Shown: positions 27,271 to 37,346 of the stretch, in pieces
How the letters are laid out: the number at the start of each line of letters is the position of its first letter
How positions within the stretch are numbered: position 1 is the stretch's first letter
Assembly: GCA_012518355.1 (NCBI GenBank)
Contig: JAAYSP010000175.1
Span: forward strand, 1 to 61,563
DNA from: a candidate division WS1 bacterium
Lineage (GTDB): Bacteria; Armatimonadota; Zipacnadia; Zipacnadales; UBA11051
DNA: 61,563 nucleotides
Direction of reading: 5' to 3'
Translations under genes and position numbers: made by a program
Notes under the pieces: model-generated
What the model saw: the letters and a program-made list of their open reading frames with translations, nothing else
Database searches by the model: none
Told to the model about the DNA's origin: nothing

Positions 27271-28599
27271 CTACTGCTGAAGTGCCGCTTCGATAGCCGC
27301 TTCGAAGATGTCCAGCGATTCGTGCGCCTGCTGTTCGGTGATCACTAACGGAGGCGCCACACGCAGTACGTTGCCGAACATACCGATGGGTGCGATCATA
27401 CACAGGCCACGCTGGTAGGCTTGCTCAGTGATGCGGCGACACAGTGCCGCATCGGGTGTCTTACTGGCGGGGTCAGTGATGAACTCCAGACCCCATACCA
27501 GGCCCATGCCGCGGATATCGCCCAGTTGTTCATGTCGCTGGGCTATGGCCTCGAAACGCTCTCTCATAAGCTCGCCCATCCGCGCGGCGTTGTCGCATAG
27601 GCCTTCGCGTTCGATGATGTCTATGGCGCTCAGCGCAGCGCGGCTGGACAGTGGGTTGCCGCCGTTGGTGGAGCCCATGCTCCCGGGCGGTAGTATGTCC
27701 ATGATCTCACTGGTGCCCAGAACCGCCGAGCATGGCACTCCGCTGCCGAGACCTTTGCCCAGTGCTACAAGATCAGGCTTGATGTCCCAGTGCTCCATGG
27801 CGAACATGGTGCCGGTACGACCGAAAGACGACTGCACCTCATCGAAGATGAAATACAGGCCCTTCGATTTGATCCACTCGTCAAGCTTTTCGTACCATCC
27901 CGGAGGCGGGATGATGGAGCCGGCACCACCCTGGTAGGCTTCTGTGATGACCGCACATAGCTCCCCGCAGCTCTCGCGTTCGATCGTCCAGTCTATATAC
28001 TCGAGACACTTGTAGCCGCAGTCTTCGACGTTGCGGCCGAATGGACACCGATAGCAGTATGGGAAGGGAGTGTGCAGAAAGCCTGGGGTCATGGGGCCGA
28101 AGCCGCGCTTGACACCCTGCGAACCGCCTGCCGATGCCGCCCCGTAGGTGCGTCCGTGAAAAGAGCCGTGGAAAGCGAGAATCTCCCAGCCATCGTGGGC
28201 GCGTCGGGCCATACGTATGGCCGCTTCGGTTGCATCTGAGCCGGTGGTCACCAGGAACGCCTTCTGCAGATGATTCGGGGCGATCTGCACCAGCTTTTCG
28301 GCCAGGTCAGCGCGCACACCGGTCAGGAAGTCGTAGCAGTTGAACAGCTTGCCACACTGGTCCTGAACCTCCTCGACGTAATCGGGATGGCAGTGGCCCA
28401 CGTTTGCCACCAGCACCCCGCTACTCCAGTCGAGAAACTCGTTGCCGTCCACATCGGTGATGACACAGCCTTCGGCCTTCTCCCACACCAGAGGCACCTG
28501 ATCGCTCATGGACTGAGGCTCAAACGCTTTTGACTTCTCCAGATATGCGCGGGCCTTCGGGCCCGGCAGTTCGGTCACTATCCTTGGCATCTCTTTCAC
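27271..28599 (-). CDS. Class-III PLP aminotransferase (GabT / acetylornithine aminotransferase-like)
   Basis: LPGPKA N-terminus, DVDGNEFLDWSSGVLVANVGHCHP, DEVQSSFGRTG, 442 aa. Confidence 0.85.
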   Translation of the reverse strand: MKEMPRIVTELPGPKARAYLEKSKAFEPQSMSDQVPLVWEKAEGCVITDVDGNEFLDWSSGVLVANVGHCHPDYVEEVQDQCGKLFNCYDFLTGVRADLAEKLVQIAPNHLQKAFLVTTGSDATEAAIRMARRAHDGWEILAFHGSFHGRTYGAASAGGSQGVKRGFGPMTPGFLHTPFPYCYRCPFGRNVEDCGYKCLEYIDWTIERESCGELCAVITEAYQGGAGSIIPPPGWYEKLDEWIKSKGLYFIFDEVQSSFGRTGTMFAMEHWDIKPDLVALGKGLGSGVPCSAVLGTSEIMDILPPGSMGSTNGGNPLSSRAALSAIDIIEREGLCDNAARMGELMRERFEAIAQRHEQLGDIRGMGLVWGLEFITDPASKTPDAALCRRITEQAYQRGLCMIAPIGMFGNVLRVAPPLVITEQQAHESLDIFEAAIEAALQQ

Positions 28600-28729
28600 T
28601 TCCTATTGCAGATCTGTGATTATCCCTGGGCCGGGGCAGTTTTGCACGGGGTCATGCAGCAGCGCTGCCTCAAGTGGTCCTCACGCGCCCGGGCAGTTCA
28701 GCCTCAACCCCATACCGATACTGCTTCGG

Positions 28730-29044
28730 CTACCGCCGATCTCTGGAGCCCAGGATCACTATTTCCCGTGAGAACCTGTGGCGAACTCCGGGTACAGTGG
28801 TCGACGTAGGGATGTCCTGTGACTGCAGCGAGCCGTTGATAGGCTTGGGATGTGAGCCGTTCATCGCCGGTAGCCAGCCTGGCGATTGGCCCCAGGCGTC
28901 AAAGCCAGGGATAGTCACGACGGCTCGAAGTATGCTCTTGCTGGTGGCATTTTTATATCCCGAAGAAGCGTTTTCGGCATGAACTGTGCTCACAGCCGCC
29001 AGCATCATGCACAACAGCAGCATTGCGACCAAATACTTGCCCAT
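28730..29044 (-). CDS. Small secreted hypothetical protein
   Basis: GGAGG lies upstream. Signal peptide MGKYLVAMLLLCMMLAAVSTVHA. I recognise no family. Confidence 0.45.
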   Translation of the reverse strand: MGKYLVAMLLLCMMLAAVSTVHAENASSGYKNATSKSILRAVVTIPGFDAWGQSPGWLPAMNGSHPKPINGSLQSQDIPTSTTVPGVRHRFSREIVILGSRDRR

Positions 29045-29089
29045 GATGTTGCCTCCTATGGCTGGAACTCAGACTGAACGCTCGCGTGT

Positions 29090-30157
29090 CTACAGCTCGA
29101 CGATACCTCCGGTTTCCAGGCTGTGGTGTACTCCGGCGGCCAGCCTGGTCGCTTGCAGCCCGTCATAGCCCGAAGGGAAGTCGCCCAGGTCTTCGATGGT
29201 TCCTCCATCGAGAAGCACGTTTACGTTGTGTGCGAAATCGGCGATGGAATCCATGCCGTAGCCCTGCCAGACTTCGCGTCCCTGTTTGTCGAAGCGCTGT
29301 CGCAGGAAGCTCATGTTGTGTGTCTGCATGCCTTCGCCCTCGCAGCAGGTGATGGTGCCACGATCCTGGCTATCGCATTCCAGCAGTCCCTTAGTGCCGA
29401 CCAGCCGGATGCCCTGATTGACGATCGCTTCAAACTCATAGGGGATGATCCAGGAGGTGTCGAACGCTACAGTGGCACCGTTGTCGAACATGACCTTGGC
29501 AGAGATCGAATCGTAGGTGTCAACTCCCAGGTCACGCAATCGCTTTTTCACACCGGTGGCCCAGACTTGTACGGGGTCGGCACCCATGATGAAGCGGGTC
29601 AGATCGTAGAAGTGTATGCCTAGAAACCATGCCGGAGAGGAGTTGGCCGCCCAGCCTGGGAACCAGTCCCTGGGTACCTCGATACGGTCCTCCATATGCA
29701 CGTAGCCATACTCGATGTCGCCCAGGTCGCCAGCCTGCACCTTCTGGCGCATGGCAACGTGGTACTCGTCATAGCGCTTATGGAAGTCTACCATCAGCAG
29801 AACGCTGGCCTTCTCCGCGGCTTCGATCATATCTAGGCAGCCTTCGACGGTGACATCAAGTGGCTTTTCGGACAGTACGTGGAGTCCCGCGTTCGCCGCA
29901 TATACGGCGATTTCACGATGGAGCGGGTCGGGGGTGACCACCGTGATGGCGTCAAGCTCTTCGCGGGCGATCATCTCACGGTAGTCGGTGTACGGCGCGA
30001 ATTCGAAGTCACGAGTGCGCTCTTGAAGTAGCTCCTCGTTCACGTCGGCCGCAGCCACCAGCTCAGCGACTCCCATGTAGCCGAGTTGACGGAAACAGCG
30101 CAGGTGGTTTATTCCGAAGGTGCCTACTCCGACTATGCCCACACGACACTTCGCCAT
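29090..30157 (-). CDS. Gfo/Idh/MocA-family NAD(P)-dependent oxidoreductase
   Basis: The start MAKCRVGIVGVGTFGINHL is preceded by GGGAGG. EKPL is present in the context SEKPLDVT, and the C-terminal alpha/beta domain is typical. Confidence 0.8.
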   Translation of the reverse strand: MAKCRVGIVGVGTFGINHLRCFRQLGYMGVAELVAAADVNEELLQERTRDFEFAPYTDYREMIAREELDAITVVTPDPLHREIAVYAANAGLHVLSEKPLDVTVEGCLDMIEAAEKASVLLMVDFHKRYDEYHVAMRQKVQAGDLGDIEYGYVHMEDRIEVPRDWFPGWAANSSPAWFLGIHFYDLTRFIMGADPVQVWATGVKKRLRDLGVDTYDSISAKVMFDNGATVAFDTSWIIPYEFEAIVNQGIRLVGTKGLLECDSQDRGTITCCEGEGMQTHNMSFLRQRFDKQGREVWQGYGMDSIADFAHNVNVLLDGGTIEDLGDFPSGYDGLQATRLAAGVHHSLETGGIVEL

Positions 30158-30217
30158 CTGAATTCCTCCCAGCATAGAGTATGTCTTCACGTCCAGATGC
30201 CCGATGGGGCTTGAAAT

Positions 30218-31462
30218 TCAGCCACACCAGCGTGACAGCGTAAGTGCAAGTGCGGCGGCACCGTCGATGACCTGCCGCCACTCGACCTTCTCGCCGGCTG
30301 CGTGAGCATCAGCGATGGTGCCGGGGCCGTAAACCATGGTAGTCATGCCGCCCAGCTTGGCGTATAGGCGGGCGTCGCAGCTCACATTCCAGCCGAAAAT
30401 CTCTGAGTCTATCCCACACTCTACCGCCGTCTGATGGAGGCCTACTACCAGCGGATGATTCGGGTCGCTTTCGTATGCGTCGTTGCGCAGCTTGTCGAAG
30501 GTGAGCTTATAGTGGCCGCGCAGCCACTCATCGTCGGTGCGCAGGATGGCCTGCTCAAGCTCGTGCTCGATCTGGCTCTTACTTTTGTTCGGCAGGAAGC
30601 CTACGCCTCCCTCCATGGTGCACTCGTCGGGTACCATCGAGGGCCAGTTGCCGGCGCTGATCATGCCCAGGCAAATCTGTACCGGAGCCTCGTAGCGCTC
30701 AAACAGAGGGTAGTTGAGGCTCTCGCGGATGAGCTCCTGTTCATAGTCGAGGATGTGTCTGGCAGCTTCCATCATCTTCTCGATAGCGTTGACGCCTTCG
30801 TTGCGCCGCCCCATGTGCAGCGACTTGCCGTAGGTGGTCAGCTTGAACCATAGTGCCCCACGGTTGGCCGGGAAGACGTTGAGCAGGCTGCCTTCGCCGA
30901 TGATGACTGCATCAGCCTTACAGCCCTGACGGATCAGAGCCAGCGCCCCGTTGCCGCCGACCTCTTCCTCGATGACGAACTGGCTTTCGATGCGCCCCCG
31001 TGGCTCGAATCCGAGCTTCTTGAGCGCCGCCAGCGCCAGTATCATCATCACCACAGGGCCCTTGCAGTCAGTTGCACCTCGGCCGTAGACGTATGTGCCA
31101 TCGAAACGCGGAGTGAACGCTTCCTGCCACTCTCCACCCGGGATGACATCAGTGTGTGACTGCAGGATTACGCTGCGGCCCTCATCGGCTCCCCAGGTGT
31201 CCACTACGTTGTAGCGCCCCGCATACGGCATTTCGTTTTCGTTGTGGCTATATTCGGGGTCGCCCATGAGACTGTCGGGGATTTCGCGGTACTGCGGTGT
31301 CAGACCGACATGCTCCATCACCTGCCTGGTGTAGTCCTGAACACCCGCTTCATTGCCCTGCACGCTTTCGAATTCTATCATGTCCTGAAGCCACTGCAGA
31401 GCTTCATCTCCGAGCGTTCGAACTGCTTCCTGGACCTGCGCGCAGGTGAACTGTTGTGGCAT
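30218..31462 (-). CDS. M20-family metallopeptidase/deacylase (ArgE/DapE-like)
   Basis: SHTDVIPGG...W...PF...YGRGATDCKGP, the metal-ligand context IEEEVGGNG, 414 aa. Confidence 0.8.
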   Translation of the reverse strand: MPQQFTCAQVQEAVRTLGDEALQWLQDMIEFESVQGNEAGVQDYTRQVMEHVGLTPQYREIPDSLMGDPEYSHNENEMPYAGRYNVVDTWGADEGRSVILQSHTDVIPGGEWQEAFTPRFDGTYVYGRGATDCKGPVVMMILALAALKKLGFEPRGRIESQFVIEEEVGGNGALALIRQGCKADAVIIGEGSLLNVFPANRGALWFKLTTYGKSLHMGRRNEGVNAIEKMMEAARHILDYEQELIRESLNYPLFERYEAPVQICLGMISAGNWPSMVPDECTMEGGVGFLPNKSKSQIEHELEQAILRTDDEWLRGHYKLTFDKLRNDAYESDPNHPLVVGLHQTAVECGIDSEIFGWNVSCDARLYAKLGGMTTMVYGPGTIADAHAAGEKVEWRQVIDGAAALALTLSRWCG

Positions 31463-31551
31463 CGTCCATCACTCCGTTTCGCTTAGTACATCAGTCTTGC
31501 AGGCTGCAGAGAAGCTGTCCTGGCTAGCTGTAGCAGAATTTGTGGGTATGG

Positions 31552-32463
31552 TTATCTGACTACTCTGGCACCCTCGTGGTCGAATGGCAGGATCATGCCT
31601 GCCAGGTGGCGGGTCGTGTCAAGCCCTACCTGGAGCATTGCAGTCTGCACCTGCTCAGCTTCAGCCGGTGATGCGAGGGCGATGATGGTAGAACCTGAGC
31701 CGCTCAACGCAGCACCTCGTGCTCCGGCAGCCAGTGCGGTGGCGATGATTTCGTCCATGCCGGGGACAAGATGTGCACGGTATGGCTGATGCAACCGGTC
31801 ACACATGGCGTCGGCCAGTAGGTCGTATTGGCCGGTGGTGAGCATCGCCACTGTGGCGGCGGTCTGACTGAGGTTGAACACAGCGTCAGAGAGAGGTACT
31901 TGCTCGGGCATCGCAGCACGTGCGTCAGTCGTGTTCACCTGAAAGTCGGGTATGGCTACTACGGCCACGAGGTCGGACGGAGGTGGCAGTGACAGCGCTG
32001 TACGGGTACCGTCGCGCTGCTGAAAACAGATCGTCAGACCACCGAACAGCGCGGGGGCGACGTTGTCAGCATGCCCTTCTATGTGGATAGCAAGCTCCAG
32101 AGCCGTGTCACGGTCTGCCTCGCAGCCCAGCACGGCCTGGGCCGCCACGATGCCACCCACGATGGCCGCGGAGCTGCTGCCCATGCCTCGAGCCAGCGGG
32201 ATGCGGTTTCGCTGTATCAGGTGCCAGTGGCCGAGGTAACCCATCTGCTCACCGAGCATCTGTGCGGCGCGATAGGTCAAGTTCGTGCTATCCTCAGGCA
32301 GACTGCCCACACCTTCGCCGAACACCTCGACAACTGGCCTTGCTGCCTGCCGGAGCTGCACGCGATTATACAGCCCCAGGGCAATTCCCAGACAGTCAAA
32401 ACCGGGCCCCAGATTAGCCGTAGTCGCGGGCGCTTCCACGGTCACCATACGAGAGTCGGTCAT
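31552..32463 (-). CDS. thrB: Homoserine kinase
   Basis: VEAPATTANLGPGFDCLGIAL and the GHMP motif PLARGMGSSSAAIVGG. Confidence 0.9.
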   Translation of the reverse strand: MTDSRMVTVEAPATTANLGPGFDCLGIALGLYNRVQLRQAARPVVEVFGEGVGSLPEDSTNLTYRAAQMLGEQMGYLGHWHLIQRNRIPLARGMGSSSAAIVGGIVAAQAVLGCEADRDTALELAIHIEGHADNVAPALFGGLTICFQQRDGTRTALSLPPPSDLVAVVAIPDFQVNTTDARAAMPEQVPLSDAVFNLSQTAATVAMLTTGQYDLLADAMCDRLHQPYRAHLVPGMDEIIATALAAGARGAALSGSGSTIIALASPAEAEQVQTAMLQVGLDTTRHLAGMILPFDHEGARVVR

Positions 32464-33584
32464 GAGACAGTCTGCTCCCTGTAGATTCTGTGTAGTCGCT
32501 TGCCCAGCCCGGTGACGATAGCATGAGCACCGGTGTTGGCTTTTGATGCCAGTTCTTCAGGGGTGATGCGTTCCGCCCCCTGTGAGCCTATCAACACCAC
32601 CTCATCGCCGGGGTGGCAACCGTGGTCGTCTCCCAGGCCCACCGCCAGGGTGTCCATGGATATCCTGCCGATGATGCGCCGTCGCTGGCCGCGGATTAGC
32701 ACCTCTCCGGTGGTGGACAGTTGCCGGGGATAGCCGTCGCCGTAGCCGATGGCCACCAGCCCGAGGTCCTGCGACTTTTCGGCATGGTAGGTGCGGCTGT
32801 AGCCGACGGTGTCACCCGGTAGCAGTGGCTTGATCAGCACGAGGCGGGCCTTCAGAGCCATGGCGGGCTTCAGCGATAGGCCATAGCTGGCCTGAAGAGC
32901 ATCGTCCATGCCGTAAAGAAGCTCTCCGGGGCGCACCATGTTGCAGGATTTCGGTTCGTAGGCTGCCATAGCACAGCTGGAACTCATGTGGTGCCATTTG
33001 AAGGGGCCGATGATCTGTTCTGCGGTAGCCACAGCACGGTCAAAATTGGCTATCTGCAGCAGGGAGAAGTCGCGGTCTCTGGTTGGCGCAGCGAAATGCG
33101 AGAAGATGCCTTCGAAGCGTAGGTTTGACAGGTCTTTGACCTGCTCGCACAGATCCGCGATGGCATCGTGACGCACACCCATCCGGCACATGCCGCTATC
33201 TACCTTGAGATGGACTGGAAGAGCAGCTTTACCGATAGCCTTCGAGAAGGCGTGGGCATCCTCGGCAGTCATGATGGTGGCGATGATGCTGTTCTCGACG
33301 ATCTCGTGAGCCCGCGTTGGAGAGCAGTAGCCCATCACCAGTATGATTCCACGGATACCGGCCCGGCGTAGCTCAAGTGCCTCATCTACGGTGGCGACGC
33401 CAAACCATCCGGCACCTGCCTTCTCCAGCGCACTTGCCACGGGCACTGCACCGTGGCCATAAGCGTCGGCCTTGACTATCGCCATCACGGTCGTGTGCGC
33501 GCCCACCAGGCGTTGAATCGCAGTGAAATTGCCGGTTATAGCGCCCAAATCCACTTCAATCCAGGCGCGGTCGCGTACACTCAT
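32460..33584 (-). CDS. alr: Alanine racemase
   Basis: AWIEVDLGAI...MAIVKADAYGHGA (PLP-lysine motif) ...YGDGYPR. ATG 33584 is preferred; the ORF opens at 33647. It overlaps thrB by 4 nt. Confidence 0.9.
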   Translation of the reverse strand: MSVRDRAWIEVDLGAITGNFTAIQRLVGAHTTVMAIVKADAYGHGAVPVASALEKAGAGWFGVATVDEALELRRAGIRGIILVMGYCSPTRAHEIVENSIIATIMTAEDAHAFSKAIGKAALPVHLKVDSGMCRMGVRHDAIADLCEQVKDLSNLRFEGIFSHFAAPTRDRDFSLLQIANFDRAVATAEQIIGPFKWHHMSSSCAMAAYEPKSCNMVRPGELLYGMDDALQASYGLSLKPAMALKARLVLIKPLLPGDTVGYSRTYHAEKSQDLGLVAIGYGDGYPRQLSTTGEVLIRGQRRRIIGRISMDTLAVGLGDDHGCHPGDEVVLIGSQGAERITPEELASKANTGAHAIVTGLGKRLHRIYREQTVS

Positions 33585-33686
33585 GATGTCACGGGTCTTT
33601 CCGATGCCGGAGTAGGAGCCAGGACAGCAAGATGGGGCGTGGGTCAATTGTAATCAGCGCTTTACGGGACGTCAAGCGACGGACGG

Positions 33687-33716
33687 GGCCGGCACTGCCT
33701 GGGTGCGGTGCCGGCC
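33687..33716 (-). terminator. Terminator-like hairpin downstream of the discoidin-domain gene
   Basis: GGCCGGCAC (33687-33695) pairs perfectly with GTGCCGGCC (33708-33716), with a 12-nt loop. It lies 36 nt past the stop at 33752. No clear U-tract. Confidence 0.45.
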
Positions 33717-33751
33717 ACAGTCTACCCGCGAGGCGCGTTTCGCACCGAGCT

Positions 33752-34843
33752 TTAGCGTGCTTCAATCTCAGCGAGCCACATCAGATCGGGACGGCTGCTG
33801 CTGCCCCCGCCTTTGGGCTGGTAGATGCGGAAACGGTCCGTTTTGACGGGCTCGAAAGCAAAAGTAGTGCAGGCGCCGGACGGATTGCCGTCTGGCGACG
33901 GGGTGGACACGTTGCGCCAGCCACCTTCGTCGGGTACCTGTATCAGGATTTTCTGGCTGGTGAAGTAGGTGTCGCCAGAATACGCCCAGTATACTGTTAC
34001 TTCCTTGATAGTCTTCGCTTCCGGCATGGTCACTTCCAGCCAGTGATCTGTAGCCTCTTCAGCAGACGCCCATGAGACATCATTGCCACAGCCTGCACCG
34101 GTCAGTTGCTTGAAGCCATCATTGAGCGCCACCAGCGATTCGTAGTTCGGGAAGCTGCTCGATGCCTCCATCTGGATATCGGCGACCGCAGCGGCAATGA
34201 AGTTGGTGGTGTCTATGCGTTCAAAACTCACAGTCACCTGTGCAGTATTCGGGGATGGAGCCGTGTCTGCGATAGATATAGCGACCTGATGATGACCGTA
34301 CTCCACATGGCTCAGTTCTACTGCTGCCGTTGCTCTCCGCGGATGAGCTATGTCCAGTGTGATGCTATTGTCAGGCAGGCTTCGTCCATTGACGGTGGCA
34401 TGCACCGAAGCCGGGTCCAGCTTGTTTTCCGCGTCGGCGAACCCCACGCGAATGGCACGCGGAGCCTGCTGCATTGAGCCAAGATTGACTGAGCTTTCCG
34501 CTGCAAGCGGTTTGCCATCAACCTTCAGACCGATGAGTTGTGGAGGGGTGGCGTCATGTATGTCCAGGTCGGCAGGCGGGTTGATCAGCAGCATGATCCG
34601 TCCGCCGCCCAACTGTGAGGGGCGCAACTCAAATATGATCCGCCCTTCACTCAGTTCGTACTCAGAGGTTTGCCACGAACCTCCATTGGCCCGCACAAAA
34701 GCCTGTATCGGCGTGGTTTGTGTAGCCAGAGGCAGAGCTAGCTGAACCGGGGCAGTAGCCATGACATGCACGGTAGCAGCCGAAGCCACGCCTCCGCACA
34801 TCAGGCTAATGGCCAGCGCCAGGAACACTATTGTCACTCTCAT
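33752..34843 (-). CDS. Secreted protein with C-terminal discoidin (F5/8 type C)-like domain
   Basis: AAGGAGG lies upstream of MRVTIVFLALAISLMCGGVASA. The C-terminus reads WASAEEATDHWLEVTMPEAKTIKEVTVYWAY...FRIYQPKGG...LAEIEA. Confidence 0.65.
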   Translation of the reverse strand: MRVTIVFLALAISLMCGGVASAATVHVMATAPVQLALPLATQTTPIQAFVRANGGSWQTSEYELSEGRIIFELRPSQLGGGRIMLLINPPADLDIHDATPPQLIGLKVDGKPLAAESSVNLGSMQQAPRAIRVGFADAENKLDPASVHATVNGRSLPDNSITLDIAHPRRATAAVELSHVEYGHHQVAISIADTAPSPNTAQVTVSFERIDTTNFIAAAVADIQMEASSSFPNYESLVALNDGFKQLTGAGCGNDVSWASAEEATDHWLEVTMPEAKTIKEVTVYWAYSGDTYFTSQKILIQVPDEGGWRNVSTPSPDGNPSGACTTFAFEPVKTDRFRIYQPKGGGSSSRPDLMWLAEIEAR

Positions 34844-35087
34844 AGTCTGGTCCTCCTTGATTCCATTCAGCAAACGCTACTATCACATGTCATTTCTACG
34901 CCTCAGGGGCCGATACCTGCCTCACCTTCCCGATCTGTACCCATCTGGACTGACCACGGTGACTGACTACAGGTCGCACGATGTCTGTCATGCGGAATAT
35001 CAGGAGGTCGAGTGGCAAAGGTATGTATGCATTTCGCATTGAACATAAGAACCGGCAGAGGCCACAATACGGAGCTGGCGGGATACG

Positions 35088-36110
35088 ATGGAGTACACCC
35101 TGAGGCATTGGCACAGCTATCATGAGGACGAGTGGTGGCGCCAGTGGGCAAATGCCGCATCGGGAGAGTTGTCGCTACTGGCCGCCTGGCACCACGATCC
35201 CGAGAAATGGCGGCGGTTGCTGGGTGAGCAGGTGGAAAAGCTGCTGGGCTGGGAGCAGCCATCGGTTCAGCCACAGGTGGAGTTGCTGGGGCAAAAGGAT
35301 GCCCCGGGTTTCAGCCTCCAGAAGGTTGCGGTGGAAGCCGATGATGGCACCTGGATGACCGGATATGTGTGTGTCCCACATGATAATCAACAGCCTTTGC
35401 CTGCGGTGGTGCTGGCACACGATGCGGCCAGCTCAAAGGAAGCGATGGTTGGGCTGCTTACTGAGCACAACCCTGAAAAGGCACCGGGCTCCCATCTGGC
35501 TGCATCGGGATATGTGGTATGCTGCATGGATCCACGCGGTGCAGGCGAACGGCCTCGCAGCAGCGACATCGGAGACCTGTGGCAGTGGCTGGGCAAGCCG
35601 CCGGTAGGTAGAGATGCCATGGATCTGGTGATGGCCCGCAAGATGCTAGCCGAACGCCCGGATGTCACAGAACAGCGTATCGGCATCGTCGGCATGGGCT
35701 CCGGTGGCATGGCGGCGCTGTACGCGTCAATCATGGACGAAGGCTTCCGTGCGACCGCCATATGTGGCTGTCTGATGCGCTACCGCTCACTGCCTCTGCA
35801 AGCAACCGTGCATCAGCGTCGCGTTTTGCATGAACGGCTGGCTAACAGCGCAGTGCCGGGACTGCTAGCGTACGCGGATTTTGAAGATCTTGCCTGTCTT
35901 GTCGCACCACGGCCGCTTTGCGTATGCCAGGGAGCCGATGCCGAATTGCCGCACGAGTTGGCGACGGACGTTGCTTCTCGGATTACCGAGGGGTTTGAGG
36001 TCATGGGGGAGAAGGCCAAGCTGACTGTCGAAGTAACGGACCAGCCTGTGGTTTATCCGACGGCCGAGGTACTGCGCTTTCTGGACGACTGGCTGCTATT
36101 GCCGGTATAG
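35088..36110 (+). CDS. Alpha/beta hydrolase (dienelactone hydrolase / AXE1-like)
   Basis: LPAVVLAHDAASSKE...GYVVCCMDPRGAGER...RIGIVGMGSGGMAALY (GxSxG elbow). The layout is similar to the N-terminal half of the 5122..7299 protein. Confidence 0.7.
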   Translation: MEYTLRHWHSYHEDEWWRQWANAASGELSLLAAWHHDPEKWRRLLGEQVEKLLGWEQPSVQPQVELLGQKDAPGFSLQKVAVEADDGTWMTGYVCVPHDNQQPLPAVVLAHDAASSKEAMVGLLTEHNPEKAPGSHLAASGYVVCCMDPRGAGERPRSSDIGDLWQWLGKPPVGRDAMDLVMARKMLAERPDVTEQRIGIVGMGSGGMAALYASIMDEGFRATAICGCLMRYRSLPLQATVHQRRVLHERLANSAVPGLLAYADFEDLACLVAPRPLCVCQGADAELPHELATDVASRITEGFEVMGEKAKLTVEVTDQPVVYPTAEVLRFLDDWLLLPV

Positions 36111-36275
36111 TGTATATGGCGTATAGCGTATAGCACTACGGCGAACAGCGGGAGAGAATTGGCTGCTACAGTCAGGGAGTATCCGCTGTCTAACAGATTG
36201 TCGGCGAGGTGCCGATCACGGCTTTAGCAGAAGCTGGAGCCAACCAACTGGAAAACTCGAGGAGATGGTCGGATT

Positions 36276-37322
36276 ATGCCCCAAATCAGACTGCGACACA
36301 CACTTGCCTCACCCCTGGCGGCGCTGCTGATAGTCACACTGCTGGCAGGCTGCGGTGGGACGCTGGCACTGCTGTTCAAACTGGCGTCGGTAGGCCATCT
36401 GATCGGAAATGTCACGGACCTGGTAGATCGTTTTGGGAAATCCTCGACTGAGTATGCTGTGTTTTTCGATGGATACCCGCTGGGCCAGCGGCCGGACAAC
36501 ACCGGCAAGCTGGATTTGCGTGGCCTGCCTGCAGGTCGGCATCTGATATCTGTGATAGACAAAGACTATCGCACCGGCTTTCACCAGGCTGTTGACATCG
36601 TGGCAGGCGACGATGCCCTGCAGCTTGCCGGCTACAATCCGGTCCAGGGGGCCATCATCAGCGGCAAGGTAGAGCGAGAAACTTCCGGCGGTGGTCGCAG
36701 TCAGGTCGCGCGCACGCTCGTAATCGCCGTCTTCAACGGTGCAGATATGCTAAGAACAAACGGTGGCCGGACCATGACCATCCCACCATCGGAAGTATCG
36801 TCAGAGTATATCATGGGCTACACCGATAGCACAGGTGCCTATCGCCTCGGACCGGCACGATACGGTACGTGGCTGGTGACGACTGCTCTGCCGGGCCACT
36901 ACGGGGATGCCCGAGTGGTAGTCACAAGTGGCACTGGCGACAGTCGCAACCAGAATCTGCTGCTAGCTCCACAGCAGGCAAATCCGACCGGTACCATGTC
37001 AGGGTCGGTGACGCGCAGTGCCACGCAGGGGATCGCAGATGCTCTTGTCTATACCAATCTACAGGAGCCCTATCAGGTGCAGTTGACTGCGCAGCGTGCC
37101 GCTGAGATCGCCAACTCAACCGGTTTTGGTATGATTGCGCAGCCGTGGTTCGCCTGGACGAGCCTGGGAACCATCACTGATGCGTCTGGTGCGTACTCCC
37201 TATCGAGCCGCATGGGCAAGCAGACCGCCACGGCCTTCAAGTACGGTTTCCGCGCCAAGTCGTGGGACGGCAATCTGGGCCTCGGTGTCACTCCGATGGA
37301 TTTCGACCTGTCACCACGCTGA
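36276..37322 (+). CDS. Lipoprotein with carboxypeptidase-regulatory-like beta-sandwich repeats
   Basis: Lipobox LLIVTLLAGC. The protein contains the segments GRHLISVIDKDYRTGFHQAVDI and GTWLVTTALPGHYGDARVVV. Confidence 0.6.
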   Translation: MPQIRLRHTLASPLAALLIVTLLAGCGGTLALLFKLASVGHLIGNVTDLVDRFGKSSTEYAVFFDGYPLGQRPDNTGKLDLRGLPAGRHLISVIDKDYRTGFHQAVDIVAGDDALQLAGYNPVQGAIISGKVERETSGGGRSQVARTLVIAVFNGADMLRTNGGRTMTIPPSEVSSEYIMGYTDSTGAYRLGPARYGTWLVTTALPGHYGDARVVVTSGTGDSRNQNLLLAPQQANPTGTMSGSVTRSATQGIADALVYTNLQEPYQVQLTAQRAAEIANSTGFGMIAQPWFAWTSLGTITDASGAYSLSSRMGKQTATAFKYGFRAKSWDGNLGLGVTPMDFDLSPR

Positions 37323-37346
37323 GTAACACGTATAGGAGGGCTGGCA